Shown here: piece after piece, positions 27,377 through 36,891 of the stretch
How positions within the stretch are numbered: the first letter of the stretch is position 1
How the letters are laid out: each line of letters starts with the position of its first letter
Source: Bacteroidota bacterium
GTDB lineage: Bacteria; Bacteroidota; Bacteroidia; NS11-12g; UBA955
Length of the DNA: 52,073 nucleotides
Assembly (NCBI GenBank): GCA_005788145.1
Contig: SXYY01000121.1
Span: 1 to 52,073, forward strand
Direction of reading: 5' to 3'
Made by a program: the position numbers and the translations under genes
Notes under the pieces: model-generated
Told to the model about the DNA's origin: nothing
The model's database searches: none
What the model saw: only the letters and a program-made list of their open reading frames with translations

Positions 27377-27896
27377 TATTACCGCAAGATTGTTTGATAA
27401 TATTTTTGGGCCATTCCACAACTTCCATGGAATGAATCTTTTGTGGCTCCAATTCAAATCTCAATGCAGTGCGCACTTTATGAAAGCCATGCAATCCACA
27501 AGCACCGGGATTGAGAAATAGCAGGTTATTCATCTTTGCATCGCGCTGTACTTGCAGCATGTGAGAATGACCACACACATAAATATCCGGTTTGGTTTTT
27601 TGCAAGATGTCTTTGACTTGGGCCGGATATCTGCCGGGCTTCCCGCCGATGTGGGTCATGAAAATCCGAAACCCTTCCCGATCAAACAACTGCAGTTCGG
27701 GGTATTCCACCTTTACATCCATCCCATCAATGTTGCCATAGACCCCAACAATGGGTTTGCCGAGGGCTGTAATGGCGTCATGCATTTTGGTATTGAGCCA
27801 ATCACCGGCATGCCAGATTTCATCGGCCCATGTTGCATGGTGAAGGATGCCCTCATCTACCCAGCCATGGTTGTCGGAAATAACCAAAATCTTCAT
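27372..27896 (-). CDS. YfcE/MJ0936-family metallophosphoesterase
   Basis: I trimmed to the ATG at 27896 (MKILVISDNHG). AGDW, YGNIDG, GHSH and a late GACG..H are the calcineurin-like metal ligand motifs. Confidence 0.85.
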   Translation of the reverse strand: MKILVISDNHGWVDEGILHHATWADEIWHAGDWLNTKMHDAITALGKPIVGVYGNIDGMDVKVEYPELQLFDREGFRIFMTHIGGKPGRYPAQVKDILQKTKPDIYVCGHSHMLQVQRDAKMNNLLFLNPGACGLHGFHKVRTALRFELEPQKIHSMEVVEWPKNIIKQSCGNI

Positions 27897-28053
27897 GTTT
27901 ATTTTTTTCAATAAATCCAGTACAACAGGGCCGTAATCACGCAGTTAAATTCAAACATTCCCATTCCTGCAAAGCAGAGGCTCATGAGTTTGGCGAATAG
28001 AAGGATTTTGCGTTCCACTACGCCAAAGTTAAGTAAAAGTGCGTTGAGCGATT

Positions 28054-29415
28054 TTAGATCTCGCGGTTAACGTCCCACTGCTCCAAGTAATCGGCCACAC
28101 GACGCACGAACATACCACCCAAAGCACCATCCACCACACGGTGATCGTAGCTATGAGAGAGGTACATCATATGTCGGATCGCAATCACATCCCCATACTC
28201 AGTTTCGAGCACGGCGGGCTTTTTGCGGATGGCACCCACAGCCATAATGGCTACTTGTGGCTGATTGATCACGGGGGTTCCTAGTACGTTTCCGAAGCTA
28301 CCCACATTGGTGAGGGTGTATGTACCGCCTTGGATTTCATCGGGGGTTAATTTGCCAATGCGGGCGCGGTTTGCCAATTCATTGACCGCACGGGTTAAAC
28401 CAAGCAGGTTCATGCTATCGGCATTTTTAATTACTGGAACGATGAGGTTTCCATTCTGTTGCGCAACGGCCATCCCTACATTGATATTCTTTTTCTTGAT
28501 GATGGTGGAGCCATCAACACTCACGTTGATCATGGGGAAATCTTTGATGGCTTTTGCCACGGCCTCGATGAAGATGGGGGTAAAGGTGATGTTCTCCCCT
28601 TCGCGGTTTTTGAATGAATCTTTCACGCGGTTTCTCCAGTTCACCAAGTTGGTTACATCGGCTTCCACGAAACTGGTTACGTGGGGTGATGTGTGCTTGC
28701 TCATTACCATGTGATCGGCGATGAGTTTGCGCACGCGATCCATCTCAATCAATTCGTCGCCAGGATTCAATGAAATGCTTGACTTCACTTCTACTTTGGC
28801 GGGTGTTTGATTTGAAATGACGGGAGCGGCAGGCGCATTTGGTGAAGCCAAGGTGGCGACAGCCATTGGCTGTGCATTTCCGCGGTTGGCCACATAAGCC
28901 AAAATATCGGATTTAGTCACCCTACCCTCTTTTCCAGTGCCAGGAACGGTTTCAAGTTCAGACATACTCACACCTTCGGTGCGAGCAATGTTCAAAACCA
29001 ATGGGGAATAGAATCGAGAACCATCGGCATTGCTTAGGGATTCAGCAGCAGGTTGTGCGGCTTGGATTTGGTTTTCAATGGCTGTAACAGCGGCTTCTAC
29101 GGCAACGGGCGTTTCTACTACTGGGGCAGTTACTGGCGCTGCGGTGGGGGCCGGAGCGACAGCGGAGGCCCCTCCTTCTATGTTGATCATGGCTACAGGT
29201 TCCCCAACCTTCACTACATCACCATCCTTGTATATCTGTTTTACCAGAATGCCCGCCTCTGTGCTCGGAATTTCACTATCAACCTTATCGGTGGCAATTT
29301 CTACGATGGGCTCGTCTTTTTCAACACGATCGCCTTCATTCTTTAACCAACGAATAATGGTCGCTTCCGCGATGCTCTCGCCCATTTTGGGCATTACAAT
29401 GGGTTTTTCTGCCAT
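28054..29415 (-). CDS. 2-oxoacid dehydrogenase complex E2 component (dihydrolipoamide acyltransferase), substrate specificity not assignable
   Basis: The N-terminal lipoyl domain carries EIATDKVDSEIPS (lipoyl-Lys). Ala/Pro-rich linkers follow, then a peripheral subunit-binding domain (YSPLVLNIARTEGV...GTGKEGRVTKSDI). The catalytic motif is SHSYDHRVVDGALGG. No E1 or E3 gene is in the window. Confidence 0.92.
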   Translation of the reverse strand: MAEKPIVMPKMGESIAEATIIRWLKNEGDRVEKDEPIVEIATDKVDSEIPSTEAGILVKQIYKDGDVVKVGEPVAMINIEGGASAVAPAPTAAPVTAPVVETPVAVEAAVTAIENQIQAAQPAAESLSNADGSRFYSPLVLNIARTEGVSMSELETVPGTGKEGRVTKSDILAYVANRGNAQPMAVATLASPNAPAAPVISNQTPAKVEVKSSISLNPGDELIEMDRVRKLIADHMVMSKHTSPHVTSFVEADVTNLVNWRNRVKDSFKNREGENITFTPIFIEAVAKAIKDFPMINVSVDGSTIIKKKNINVGMAVAQQNGNLIVPVIKNADSMNLLGLTRAVNELANRARIGKLTPDEIQGGTYTLTNVGSFGNVLGTPVINQPQVAIMAVGAIRKKPAVLETEYGDVIAIRHMMYLSHSYDHRVVDGALGGMFVRRVADYLEQWDVNREI

Positions 29416-29427
29416 AAAAATTCACCA

Positions 29428-29459
29428 CAAAAATCGGCATTTTTCGGTTCACCGCCAAA
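29428..29459 (-). promoter_or_regulatory. candidate E2 promoter (TTTG-N20-GATTTTTG)
   Basis: On the minus strand, TTTG is at 29456-29459, followed by a 20-nt spacer and GATTTTTG at 29428-29435 (one mismatch). The box is 12 nt upstream of the ATG at 29415. Confidence 0.35.
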
Positions 29460-29522
29460 CGACTGCGCCGAAACTCATAAAATGACCAATGAAATTGCCC
29501 TTTTGAGGATAAAATTCTGTGA

Positions 29523-30434
29523 TTACTTACCCTCCAACTCGTCCCACATACCTGCCAACTTCATCATCTGCAACACTTCTTGCTGTTTCTCAAGCTCTTG
29601 TACCTCACCATAAGAAAAATGCAGATTTCTCAGCATCCGCTTTACAATCTCCTTAACCCCACAAGGATGGTAGAATTGTTTTTGCGGACTCACATTCACC
29701 ACTTTCAAGAATGCATCTACATTATCTTTCGTGAATATTTGTCCCTTGCTGTACGGATTGATATAAAACAAGGTCTTTTCGATGTCTTCCATGCGCACAA
29801 CCTTCATGTTCTTCAACCCCTTCAACTCCTCTTTCAATTGGCAAAATCCCACCACAAAATGCTGGGGCAAATTCACCCCAAACACAGGCAATCCCAAACT
29901 TTGTGCGATTGACATGTACACAACCGACAAACTAATTGGATTCCCAGTCTTTCTCTCTAACACCCTGTTGACAAAGGAATTATCCGTATAGTGGTATTGA
30001 CTATTATCGCCATGGAAGCCCTGTTGATCAAAAAAAACATGGTTGAGAATTTGAATTTTATCGACGTCATTCTCCACGTTTCCCATCATCAGCCAAACAT
30101 CCAGTTTGATGTCGCTCAGTGTCCTTCTCACCGTGTCAATTTTTAGACCCGGGTATTGTACCTGGGTGACCAACACCCACCCTTCAATGAGGTCGGGCTG
30201 TTCTTGTTCAAACCAATTTTTGAATCGTTTGTGCAGCCCATTTCGTTGAATGCGTTTGATCAACAATTCAATATGCGAAGAAACCGCTGGAAAATCATTG
30301 GCTAACCAAATGGCCTCTAAATCATCCACGAGGTCTTCCCCCTCTTCCATGAATCGCGATTCCAATGCCTCAACCACCTCCTCGTCGGGGTCATCGAGCA
30401 ATTGAATCATCGCTTTGAGGGTCGACACATCCAT
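29523..30434 (-). CDS. SirB1/YchA-like transglutaminase-fold protein with C-terminal TPR-like helices
   Basis: FVNRVLERKTGNPISLSVVYMSIAQSLGLPVFGVNLPQHFVV matches the conserved core of the transglutaminase-like (UPF0162/SirB1) family as I remember it. The gene starts 39 nt downstream of the topA stop on the same strand. Confidence 0.65.
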   Translation of the reverse strand: MDVSTLKAMIQLLDDPDEEVVEALESRFMEEGEDLVDDLEAIWLANDFPAVSSHIELLIKRIQRNGLHKRFKNWFEQEQPDLIEGWVLVTQVQYPGLKIDTVRRTLSDIKLDVWLMMGNVENDVDKIQILNHVFFDQQGFHGDNSQYHYTDNSFVNRVLERKTGNPISLSVVYMSIAQSLGLPVFGVNLPQHFVVGFCQLKEELKGLKNMKVVRMEDIEKTLFYINPYSKGQIFTKDNVDAFLKVVNVSPQKQFYHPCGVKEIVKRMLRNLHFSYGEVQELEKQQEVLQMMKLAGMWDELEGK

Positions 30435-30473
30435 GACTACCAGAAATTGGTTGTTCTAAACAGGGTTCTCCGA

Positions 30474-32972
30474 TTATTTTTTCTTTTTGAATCCGCCCGC
30501 CTTGGGCTTTTTTACAAAATTCTTGCACAAATCGGCCACTTCCGCAAACGTCAAAGCATCCCATTGTTTGTCCTTTGGAATAGGTACATTGTCCTTGCCA
30601 CTCTTGATATAGGGACCATAACGACCATTCAAAATTTGTATGTTCGCATCTTCGGTAAACGCCTTTAAGACGGCGGCCTTATCACCAGCCGTTTTGGCTT
30701 CCACCAACGCAATCGCCTGATCCAAAGTCACTGTCTCAGGGGCCTGTCCTTTGGGAATACTCACAAATTGCCCTTGGTATTTGATGTAGGGTCCAAATCT
30801 GCCTTTACTCACTTCCAAGGTAACACCATTGTAATCGCCGATGGCCAATGGGAATTGCACTCCTTGCAGGGCTTCGTCCAGAATTGCCGAACACTGTTCG
30901 GGGGTCATCGCTATCAAATCTGTGCCTTTGTCTACATTGAAGTACTTGTCACCGCGCTTTAGGTAGGGTCCGTATCGACCGATACCCGCAATCACTGGCT
31001 CCCCGTTGTATACCATAACCTCACGTGGAAGTTCAAATAACTTCAACGCTGTTTCCATATCCACGGTCTCGATGGTTTGTCCTTGTTGTAAACTCGCATA
31101 AAGCAATTTCTCTTCGTCGTCCTTCACCCCGATTTGCACAAACGGACCAAACTTACCCATCCTTACGCTTACCTGACGACCTAGGGTTGGATGAACACCC
31201 AATATTCGCTCGCCGGTTACCCGTTCAGCAGACTCCATGGTGGTATCTACTGCCGCGTGGAATGGTCCGTAAAAACCGGTTAGCATGTCTTGCCAAGCTT
31301 GGTTACCGGCTGCAATTTCATCGAACTGTTTTTCCACAGAAGCTGTAAATCCGTAATCCATGATGGCATCGAAATTGGCCGACAGAAAATCCGTCACCAA
31401 CATACCCATGTCGGATGGGAACAACTTGTTCTTTTCCGCACCGTAATTTTCCGTTTTAACAACTTCCTTGATATCCGTACCTTCCAAGGTTATCTCAGCA
31501 ATTTTGCGCTGTTTACCCTCCCTGGTTTCGGTGGTTACATATTGTCTTTTCTGAATTGTGGTAATGGTGGGAGCATAGGTGGATGGACGACCGATGCCCA
31601 ATTCTTCCAATTTTTTTACCAGCGATGCTTCCGAATACCTCGGTGCAGGGCGTGCATATCGCTCCAACGCTATGAGTTTTAGTCGCTCAATGGCATCTCC
31701 AACCGTTACAGCTGGCAATAAACCGTCATTTTCGCCATCTTCTTCTTCATCGTCTTTGGATTCGATGTACACTTTCAAAAATCCATCGAACCGGATTACT
31801 TCACCTTCTGCTTGAAATTTGGATTTCTTGCTACCATCTTCAAGTGTAATCACCGTTTTTTCCATTTCGGCTTTGGCCATTTGCGAGGCGATGGAACGCT
31901 TCCAAATCAAAGAATACAATTTCTTCTCTCTGTTGTCATCCCCTGCAAACTGAACTCCAAAATTGGTTGGACGGATGGCTTCGTGCGCCTCCTGTGCCGA
32001 TTCATTCTTGGTTGTATAATTTCTCACTTGAGAATATTTTTCCCCAAATGATTTCAGAATTTCTTCTTTCGCTGCACCCATGGCCATTTTACTCAAGTTG
32101 ACGGAGTCGGTACGCATGTAGGTAATGTGTCCGTTTTCGTACAACTTTTGTGCGATGCGCATGGTTGTTGTCACATCATATCCCAACTTTCGTGATGCCT
32201 CCTGCTGCAGTGTAGATGTGGTAAATGGGGGTGCTGGATTTCTGAAGGTGGGCTTTACTTCCAGTCCTGTGACTTGAAAATCCTCATCCACCAGCGATTC
32301 TAAGAATGCCCTGGCATCAACAGCATTGCTGGGTTTTTTAACACTATCGGCGGTTAATGTTTTGCCTTCTTTGGTTTTGAACTGACCTTGTACGCGGAAA
32401 TCAGATTTGGCATCAAATTCATTGATTTCTCGCTCGCGCTCTACCACCAATTTTACCGCCACTGATTGTACACGACCCGCACTCAATTTGGGTTGCACTT
32501 TTCGCCATAGAATGGGCGACAATTCAAAGCCCACCAAACGATCCAAAACGCGACGAGCCTGCTGCGCATCCACCAAACACTTATCGATGGTTCTTGGATG
32601 CTCAATGGCATTCAAAATGGCTGTCTTTGTGATTTCATTGAATACAATTCGCTTGGTATTTTCGGCTTTCAAGCCCAAAACCTCAAACAAATGCCAACTA
32701 ATGGCCTCTCCTTCTCGGTCTTCGTCCGATGCCAACCATACCGTTTCGGCATCCTTCGCATATTTTTTTAATTCTGCAACGAGTTTCTTCTTTTCATCGG
32801 GCACCTCATACTTGGGGGCGAATCCATTTTTTATATCGATGGCGGAATCTCCGGACGACAAGTCACGGATGTGGCCCATACTGGATTTTACAATAAAACC
32901 TTCACCGAGATATTTCTCAATGGTTTTGGCTTTGGCGGGTGACTCTACAATGACTAGGTTCTTGATTGACAT
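30474..32972 (-). CDS. topA: DNA topoisomerase I (type IA)
   Basis: The TOPRIM start is LVIVESPAKAKTIEKYLG, DREGEAI is present, and the catalytic Tyr is in ITYMRTDS. The C-terminal region has four Cys-less G(R/K)(F/Y)GP(Y/F) repeats (GKFGPFVQIG, GRYGPYLKRG, GRFGPYIKYQG, GRYGPYIKSG) rather than zinc ribbons. Confidence 0.97.
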   Translation of the reverse strand: MSIKNLVIVESPAKAKTIEKYLGEGFIVKSSMGHIRDLSSGDSAIDIKNGFAPKYEVPDEKKKLVAELKKYAKDAETVWLASDEDREGEAISWHLFEVLGLKAENTKRIVFNEITKTAILNAIEHPRTIDKCLVDAQQARRVLDRLVGFELSPILWRKVQPKLSAGRVQSVAVKLVVEREREINEFDAKSDFRVQGQFKTKEGKTLTADSVKKPSNAVDARAFLESLVDEDFQVTGLEVKPTFRNPAPPFTTSTLQQEASRKLGYDVTTTMRIAQKLYENGHITYMRTDSVNLSKMAMGAAKEEILKSFGEKYSQVRNYTTKNESAQEAHEAIRPTNFGVQFAGDDNREKKLYSLIWKRSIASQMAKAEMEKTVITLEDGSKKSKFQAEGEVIRFDGFLKVYIESKDDEEEDGENDGLLPAVTVGDAIERLKLIALERYARPAPRYSEASLVKKLEELGIGRPSTYAPTITTIQKRQYVTTETREGKQRKIAEITLEGTDIKEVVKTENYGAEKNKLFPSDMGMLVTDFLSANFDAIMDYGFTASVEKQFDEIAAGNQAWQDMLTGFYGPFHAAVDTTMESAERVTGERILGVHPTLGRQVSVRMGKFGPFVQIGVKDDEEKLLYASLQQGQTIETVDMETALKLFELPREVMVYNGEPVIAGIGRYGPYLKRGDKYFNVDKGTDLIAMTPEQCSAILDEALQGVQFPLAIGDYNGVTLEVSKGRFGPYIKYQGQFVSIPKGQAPETVTLDQAIALVEAKTAGDKAAVLKAFTEDANIQILNGRYGPYIKSGKDNVPIPKDKQWDALTFAEVADLCKNFVKKPKAGGFKKKK

Positions 32973-32975
32973 GAA

Positions 32976-35087
32976 TTATTTTCCGAAAATGACTGGTTTT
33001 TGAATTTGACCTCCGCTACTGCGCAAGCTGATGATATACAAGCCTTGCGTGGGCAAAGATAAATCCGACATAAAAATGGTATTTGTAGATTCCGAAAGTT
33101 TGCCTTCAAAAATATTGGCAACCTTTCTTCCTTGCATATCGAGCAGTTCAACAACCACAAACTCATTTGGTTTGGAATTGCGAATGACAATTTTGGAATT
33201 GGCTTCAATTGGGTTCGGGCTAATCTCCATGATTTGAAGGTCATCACCCAAAGTATTCAATCCCGCCATATATTGACCCAAATTGATATTGTCGATGTAA
33301 ATTGGGTTGCCTCCTTCACTGGCGAAATCAATTCTAAATGTCAGATTGGTGTTGAGTCCAAGTCCAATCGACGACAAACTTGGCAGCCCCATTACTTTCC
33401 ATTGTGTGGTCTTGGAGGGTTTGAAATTGCTGGTATAAACCTGACCAGAGTAACCCAATGCGGCTCCTGAACGCTCCATGATTTGTTTGTAAGATGCGCC
33501 GCAATCGGTTGAAACAAACACCCGAAGGACGTCGGTTACATCGGCGCTTGGCTGGCAGTAAGAAGCCATGAAGGTAAATTTGGGTGTGAGTGCTCCCATG
33601 TTGGAAATATCAACACTTGGCAATGTCATGCTGTATGTATTCCCAATGTTCGCACCCGTGGTTATTGGCGCTTTGTAGCAATTGGTCCCCAAGTAACTTG
33701 TGGTATTTTCCAAAACAAATCGAGAGCCCACGGGAGAGGAATGAACAAATTTGTCATCCGTCGTAAATGTGGTTGGGTCGCCCTTTTCAAAGCTCTGTTC
33801 GAAGTTGGCTTTATTGACTGCAACCGATTTTAATACGGTGATGTAATTGGTTTTTGTGGTTGAGTTACTACCCTTCGCATTTTGAACAGTGAGGGAAACG
33901 GCATATGTTCCTGGCGTTTGATAGGTAATCGTTGGGTTTTGAACCGAGGAACTGGGCTGACTTGAACCTGTAAAACTCCATGACCATGCTGTTGGTGCAG
34001 ATTTGCATGTGAGGTCGTAAAATTTCACTGATTGACCGGCGCAAATGACTGTACTGCTTGAAGTGAATGATGCCACCGGTGCAACGCTACCAGGCACCAC
34101 ACCAGTAGCAATCAAGTTGGCAGCGGCCACAACGGCTGCACGAGGATAGGTTGTATTCTTCAATACATTGTGCATCCGAGTTTTCTGTTTGAGGGTAAAC
34201 AAGGTTTGACATCCACCGTTCGAATAATCCATGTAATTCTCCCACATGTCGGGCAAATCGGGAAATTCATTGGTACAACTGTTTCCACTAGAAGGACAAG
34301 ATGCATTGACGAAGGTTCCATTCACTGGAGGGGTATCATCGATTTGGTCACCGCCATCGCATCCATCTTGGAACGTGTGGTACAATCCCAACCAATGTCC
34401 CAATTCGTGCGTGAGGGTTCTGCCACTATCTGAGGCCACTGCTGTGCCTATGGTTCCAACACGATCTGATTTCATTACGATTCCGTCGCGGGTAGCATTC
34501 GTGGCCCAAGGGAAACATGCATATCCCAAAACCTCACCCCCATCTACGCCTCCTGAGATGGATGAAACCACCCAAATGTTTAGATACTTTTTGTAATTCC
34601 AATTGATCAATGATTTAACCTTTTCGGTACTCATATCCATTTGAACACCCGCAGAAGAGTACACCCGGTTGATTCCCTCTGTGCAGTTTCCATTGGGGTC
34701 AATTTTTGCCAATTCGAATTTGATCTGACAATCTGCCGCCAAACCGTTGAAAGCTGCGCGTAGTTTGGTTCTATTTCCATTGAGCAAGTTGAAATCATTG
34801 TTCAACACGCGCAATTGATCAAGGATTTGTTCCCTGGAAATGTTTTCCGGTCCGTTTGTATGAATCACATGAAATACAACTGGAATGGTGTAGATCGCGG
34901 CGCGAGACTCCAGGGTGTTCTCTTTCAATATGGCATTGATTTCATCTTCCACAACAGCGATTTGAGGATCGGACTGCTTCAAATATTGATGGTATTGATC
35001 CGAACCACATTTATGCTGGGCTTCCACACCTTGAATTAACCCACTAAATCCTAGCCCGAGGGCCACACATATCTTACTTAGTCTCAT
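32976..35087 (-). CDS. secreted M43-like (cytophagalysin/pappalysin-type) zinc metalloprotease with PKD-like domain and T9SS C-terminal sorting domain
   Basis: I trimmed to the ATG at 35087 (MRLSKICVALGLGFSGLIQGVEAQ signal peptide). The zinc site is HELGHWLGLYHTF. A PKD-like segment is present (FTSSSTVICAGQSVKFYDLT...TYAVSLTVQNAKG). The C-terminal ~80 aa (ISPNPIEANSKIVI...VELLDMQGRKV...GLYIISLRS) are typical of T9SS type-A CTDs. The stop lies 3 nt before the topA ATG. Confidence 0.85.
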   Translation of the reverse strand: MRLSKICVALGLGFSGLIQGVEAQHKCGSDQYHQYLKQSDPQIAVVEDEINAILKENTLESRAAIYTIPVVFHVIHTNGPENISREQILDQLRVLNNDFNLLNGNRTKLRAAFNGLAADCQIKFELAKIDPNGNCTEGINRVYSSAGVQMDMSTEKVKSLINWNYKKYLNIWVVSSISGGVDGGEVLGYACFPWATNATRDGIVMKSDRVGTIGTAVASDSGRTLTHELGHWLGLYHTFQDGCDGGDQIDDTPPVNGTFVNASCPSSGNSCTNEFPDLPDMWENYMDYSNGGCQTLFTLKQKTRMHNVLKNTTYPRAAVVAAANLIATGVVPGSVAPVASFTSSSTVICAGQSVKFYDLTCKSAPTAWSWSFTGSSQPSSSVQNPTITYQTPGTYAVSLTVQNAKGSNSTTKTNYITVLKSVAVNKANFEQSFEKGDPTTFTTDDKFVHSSPVGSRFVLENTTSYLGTNCYKAPITTGANIGNTYSMTLPSVDISNMGALTPKFTFMASYCQPSADVTDVLRVFVSTDCGASYKQIMERSGAALGYSGQVYTSNFKPSKTTQWKVMGLPSLSSIGLGLNTNLTFRIDFASEGGNPIYIDNINLGQYMAGLNTLGDDLQIMEISPNPIEANSKIVIRNSKPNEFVVVELLDMQGRKVANIFEGKLSESTNTIFMSDLSLPTQGLYIISLRSSGGQIQKPVIFGK

Positions 35088-35186
35088 TTTCGTTCCGCAA
35101 ATTAAATTGAAAGTTTCTTGGTTTGTGGTAATAACTTGTAAAATCAATGACATCAAATTTTCAGGAAGGGTTGCTTTGTGTTATGA

Positions 35187-35552
35187 TTATTTCCCTTGAA
35201 AATACATCATCTGCGTTCCATGAGGCAACATAGAAACCGCGATTAGGTCGATTCGCGGAATTGATTTCTCTCCTGATTCACGCAAATATCGTTGCGCGGC
35301 GTGTTGAATTTTTTTTCTCTTTTTGTAATCCACCGCAATTTCGGGGGCATTCATTCCATCCTCATGCCGCGTTTTCACCTCCACAAACACCCAATCATGT
35401 TCGTCCTTGCATACCAAATCTATTTCAAACCGACCCACCTTTTTGTTTCTTTCAACGATTTGAAAACCCTTTAACCATAACCATTCTGCCGCCATCGCCT
35501 CCCCTTTGTTACCAATATTTTGGGCGATGGTCTTTCTGCTATCCACATACAT
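35187..35552 (-). CDS. yraN: YraN-family (UPF0102) endonuclease-like protein
   Basis: I trimmed to the ATG at 35552. GNKGEAMAAEWLWLKGFQIVERN...EIDLV...VFVEVKTR...IDLIAV follows the PD-(D/E)xK pattern of YraN. Confidence 0.8.
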   Translation of the reverse strand: MYVDSRKTIAQNIGNKGEAMAAEWLWLKGFQIVERNKKVGRFEIDLVCKDEHDWVFVEVKTRHEDGMNAPEIAVDYKKRKKIQHAAQRYLRESGEKSIPRIDLIAVSMLPHGTQMMYFQGK

Positions 35553-35556
35553 GCTA

Positions 35557-35564
35557 CAAAGTTC
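35557..35564 (-). promoter_or_regulatory. candidate -7 box (GAACTTTG, one mismatch), exactly 4 nt upstream of the yraN ATG
   Basis: The minus strand reads GAACTTTG-tagc-ATG (ATG at 35552). Confidence 0.3.
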
Positions 35565-35607
35565 TATCCGTAAAATTACAGCCACAACTACACCCTGAGA
35601 AATTGGT

Positions 35608-35615
35608 TAAATTTG
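35608..35615 (+). promoter_or_regulatory. candidate -7 box (TAAATTTG), exactly 4 nt upstream of the lipB ATG
   Basis: The plus strand reads TAAATTTG-caaa-ATG (ATG at 35620). Confidence 0.45.
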
Positions 35616-35619
35616 CAAA

Positions 35620-36300
35620 ATGTTACCTTGCCAGTTGCATTTATTGCAAAATGAACCCTACGATCAAACCTGGGATTTTCAAAAAGGGTTGTTCAATACC
35701 ATGATCGCCCAGAAATCGGCCAAGGAAACCACAACCCCCTTTCATTTAATCATGATTGAGCACCCCCACGTGTATACGTTCGGAAAAAGTGCCGATCGCG
35801 AAAACCTGCTTGCCACTGATGAAACGCTGAAAGACATGGAAGCCAAAGTTTATGACATAGAGCGAGGGGGCGATATCACCTATCACGGGCCAGGCCAATT
35901 GGTGGTGTACCCAATTTTTGACCTAGAAGCCTTGGGCATGGGTATTAAAACATTCGTGCAAAGCATTGAACATTGCATCATTCAAACGCTGGCGGATTAT
36001 GGAATCACCGCGGGAACAATATCCGACCGCATCGGTGTGTGGATCGACATCGACAAACCCAATGAACGAAAAATCGCGGCGATTGGTATCAAATGCAGTC
36101 GTTTTGTCAGTATGCACGGCCTTGCGCTCAACGTCAACACCGACCTCGTCATGTTCAATCATATCGTGCCGTGTGGCATTGCAGACAAGGGCGTTACGAG
36201 CATGGAAATGGAATTGGGCGGAAAAATTGACATGTTCGAAGTAAAAGAAAAAATGGGCAAGCATTTTGTAAGTACCTTTGGGTTAGAATTTAAATCATGA
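35620..36300 (+). CDS. lipB: lipoyl(octanoyl) transferase
   Basis: EHPHVYTFG, RGGDITYHGPGQLVVYP, KIAAIGIK and PCG motifs are present. Confidence 0.9.
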   Translation: MLPCQLHLLQNEPYDQTWDFQKGLFNTMIAQKSAKETTTPFHLIMIEHPHVYTFGKSADRENLLATDETLKDMEAKVYDIERGGDITYHGPGQLVVYPIFDLEALGMGIKTFVQSIEHCIIQTLADYGITAGTISDRIGVWIDIDKPNERKIAAIGIKCSRFVSMHGLALNVNTDLVMFNHIVPCGIADKGVTSMEMELGGKIDMFEVKEKMGKHFVSTFGLEFKS

Positions 36301-36890
36301 ACAGCAAAACCATTCGCACCCTCATTATCGTAGGCGTTTTATTGATCGCATTTGTATGGATCAAAGGCAGTTACAACTCTTTGGTTGATAACGATGAAAA
36401 ACTCACCACTTCTTGGAACAATGTGGAAGTGGCCTATCAAACCCGCGCCGACAAAATTATTCAACTGATTGAGACCGTTAGTGCCGAAGCCAAATTCGAA
36501 AAAAGCACACTAACCGAAATCACCAATGCCCGCGCCAGTGTTGGACAGATCAAAGTAGGTAATGAACAACTTACACCGGAGAGCATTGACAAAATCGCCA
36601 TGACACAACAATCTGCTTTGAGTCGATTGATGGTTGTGATGGAGCGTTACCCGGATTTGAAATCCACCAAGGGATTTGAAAATGTACAATTTGAAATTTC
36701 TGAAACAGAAAACATGATTCGCACGGCAAGAACAGATTACAACGCCGCTGTTCAAACATACAATTTGAACGTGCGCAAATTCCCAAGCAACATCTTCGCT
36801 GGCATTTTTGGATTTGAGAAAAAATCAGGCTTCGCGGCCGACAAAGGTGCTGAAAAGCGTGTTGATGTGAAGGGTGCGTTCAGCGAGTAA
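36297..36890 (+). CDS. lemA: LemA family membrane protein
   Basis: It has an N-terminal TM helix. The stretch YNSLV...W.NVE..YQ.RADKI..L...V......E..TL.EIT.AR, plus YPDLKS and the end ...YN..V..YN..VRKFPSNIFAG, is the LemA signature. The start overlaps the lipB stop by 4 nt (ATGA). Confidence 0.9.
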   Translation: MNSKTIRTLIIVGVLLIAFVWIKGSYNSLVDNDEKLTTSWNNVEVAYQTRADKIIQLIETVSAEAKFEKSTLTEITNARASVGQIKVGNEQLTPESIDKIAMTQQSALSRLMVVMERYPDLKSTKGFENVQFEISETENMIRTARTDYNAAVQTYNLNVRKFPSNIFAGIFGFEKKSGFAADKGAEKRVDVKGAFSE

Positions 36891-36891
36891 T

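Noticed and set aside
27227-27457. A 76-aa ORF, and the first 16 codons of the 26391..27278 ORF, cover the tRNA-Leu locus.
   Set aside because: The sequence folds into a complete tRNA-Leu cloverleaf with an encoded CCA, so the peptide readings are artefacts.
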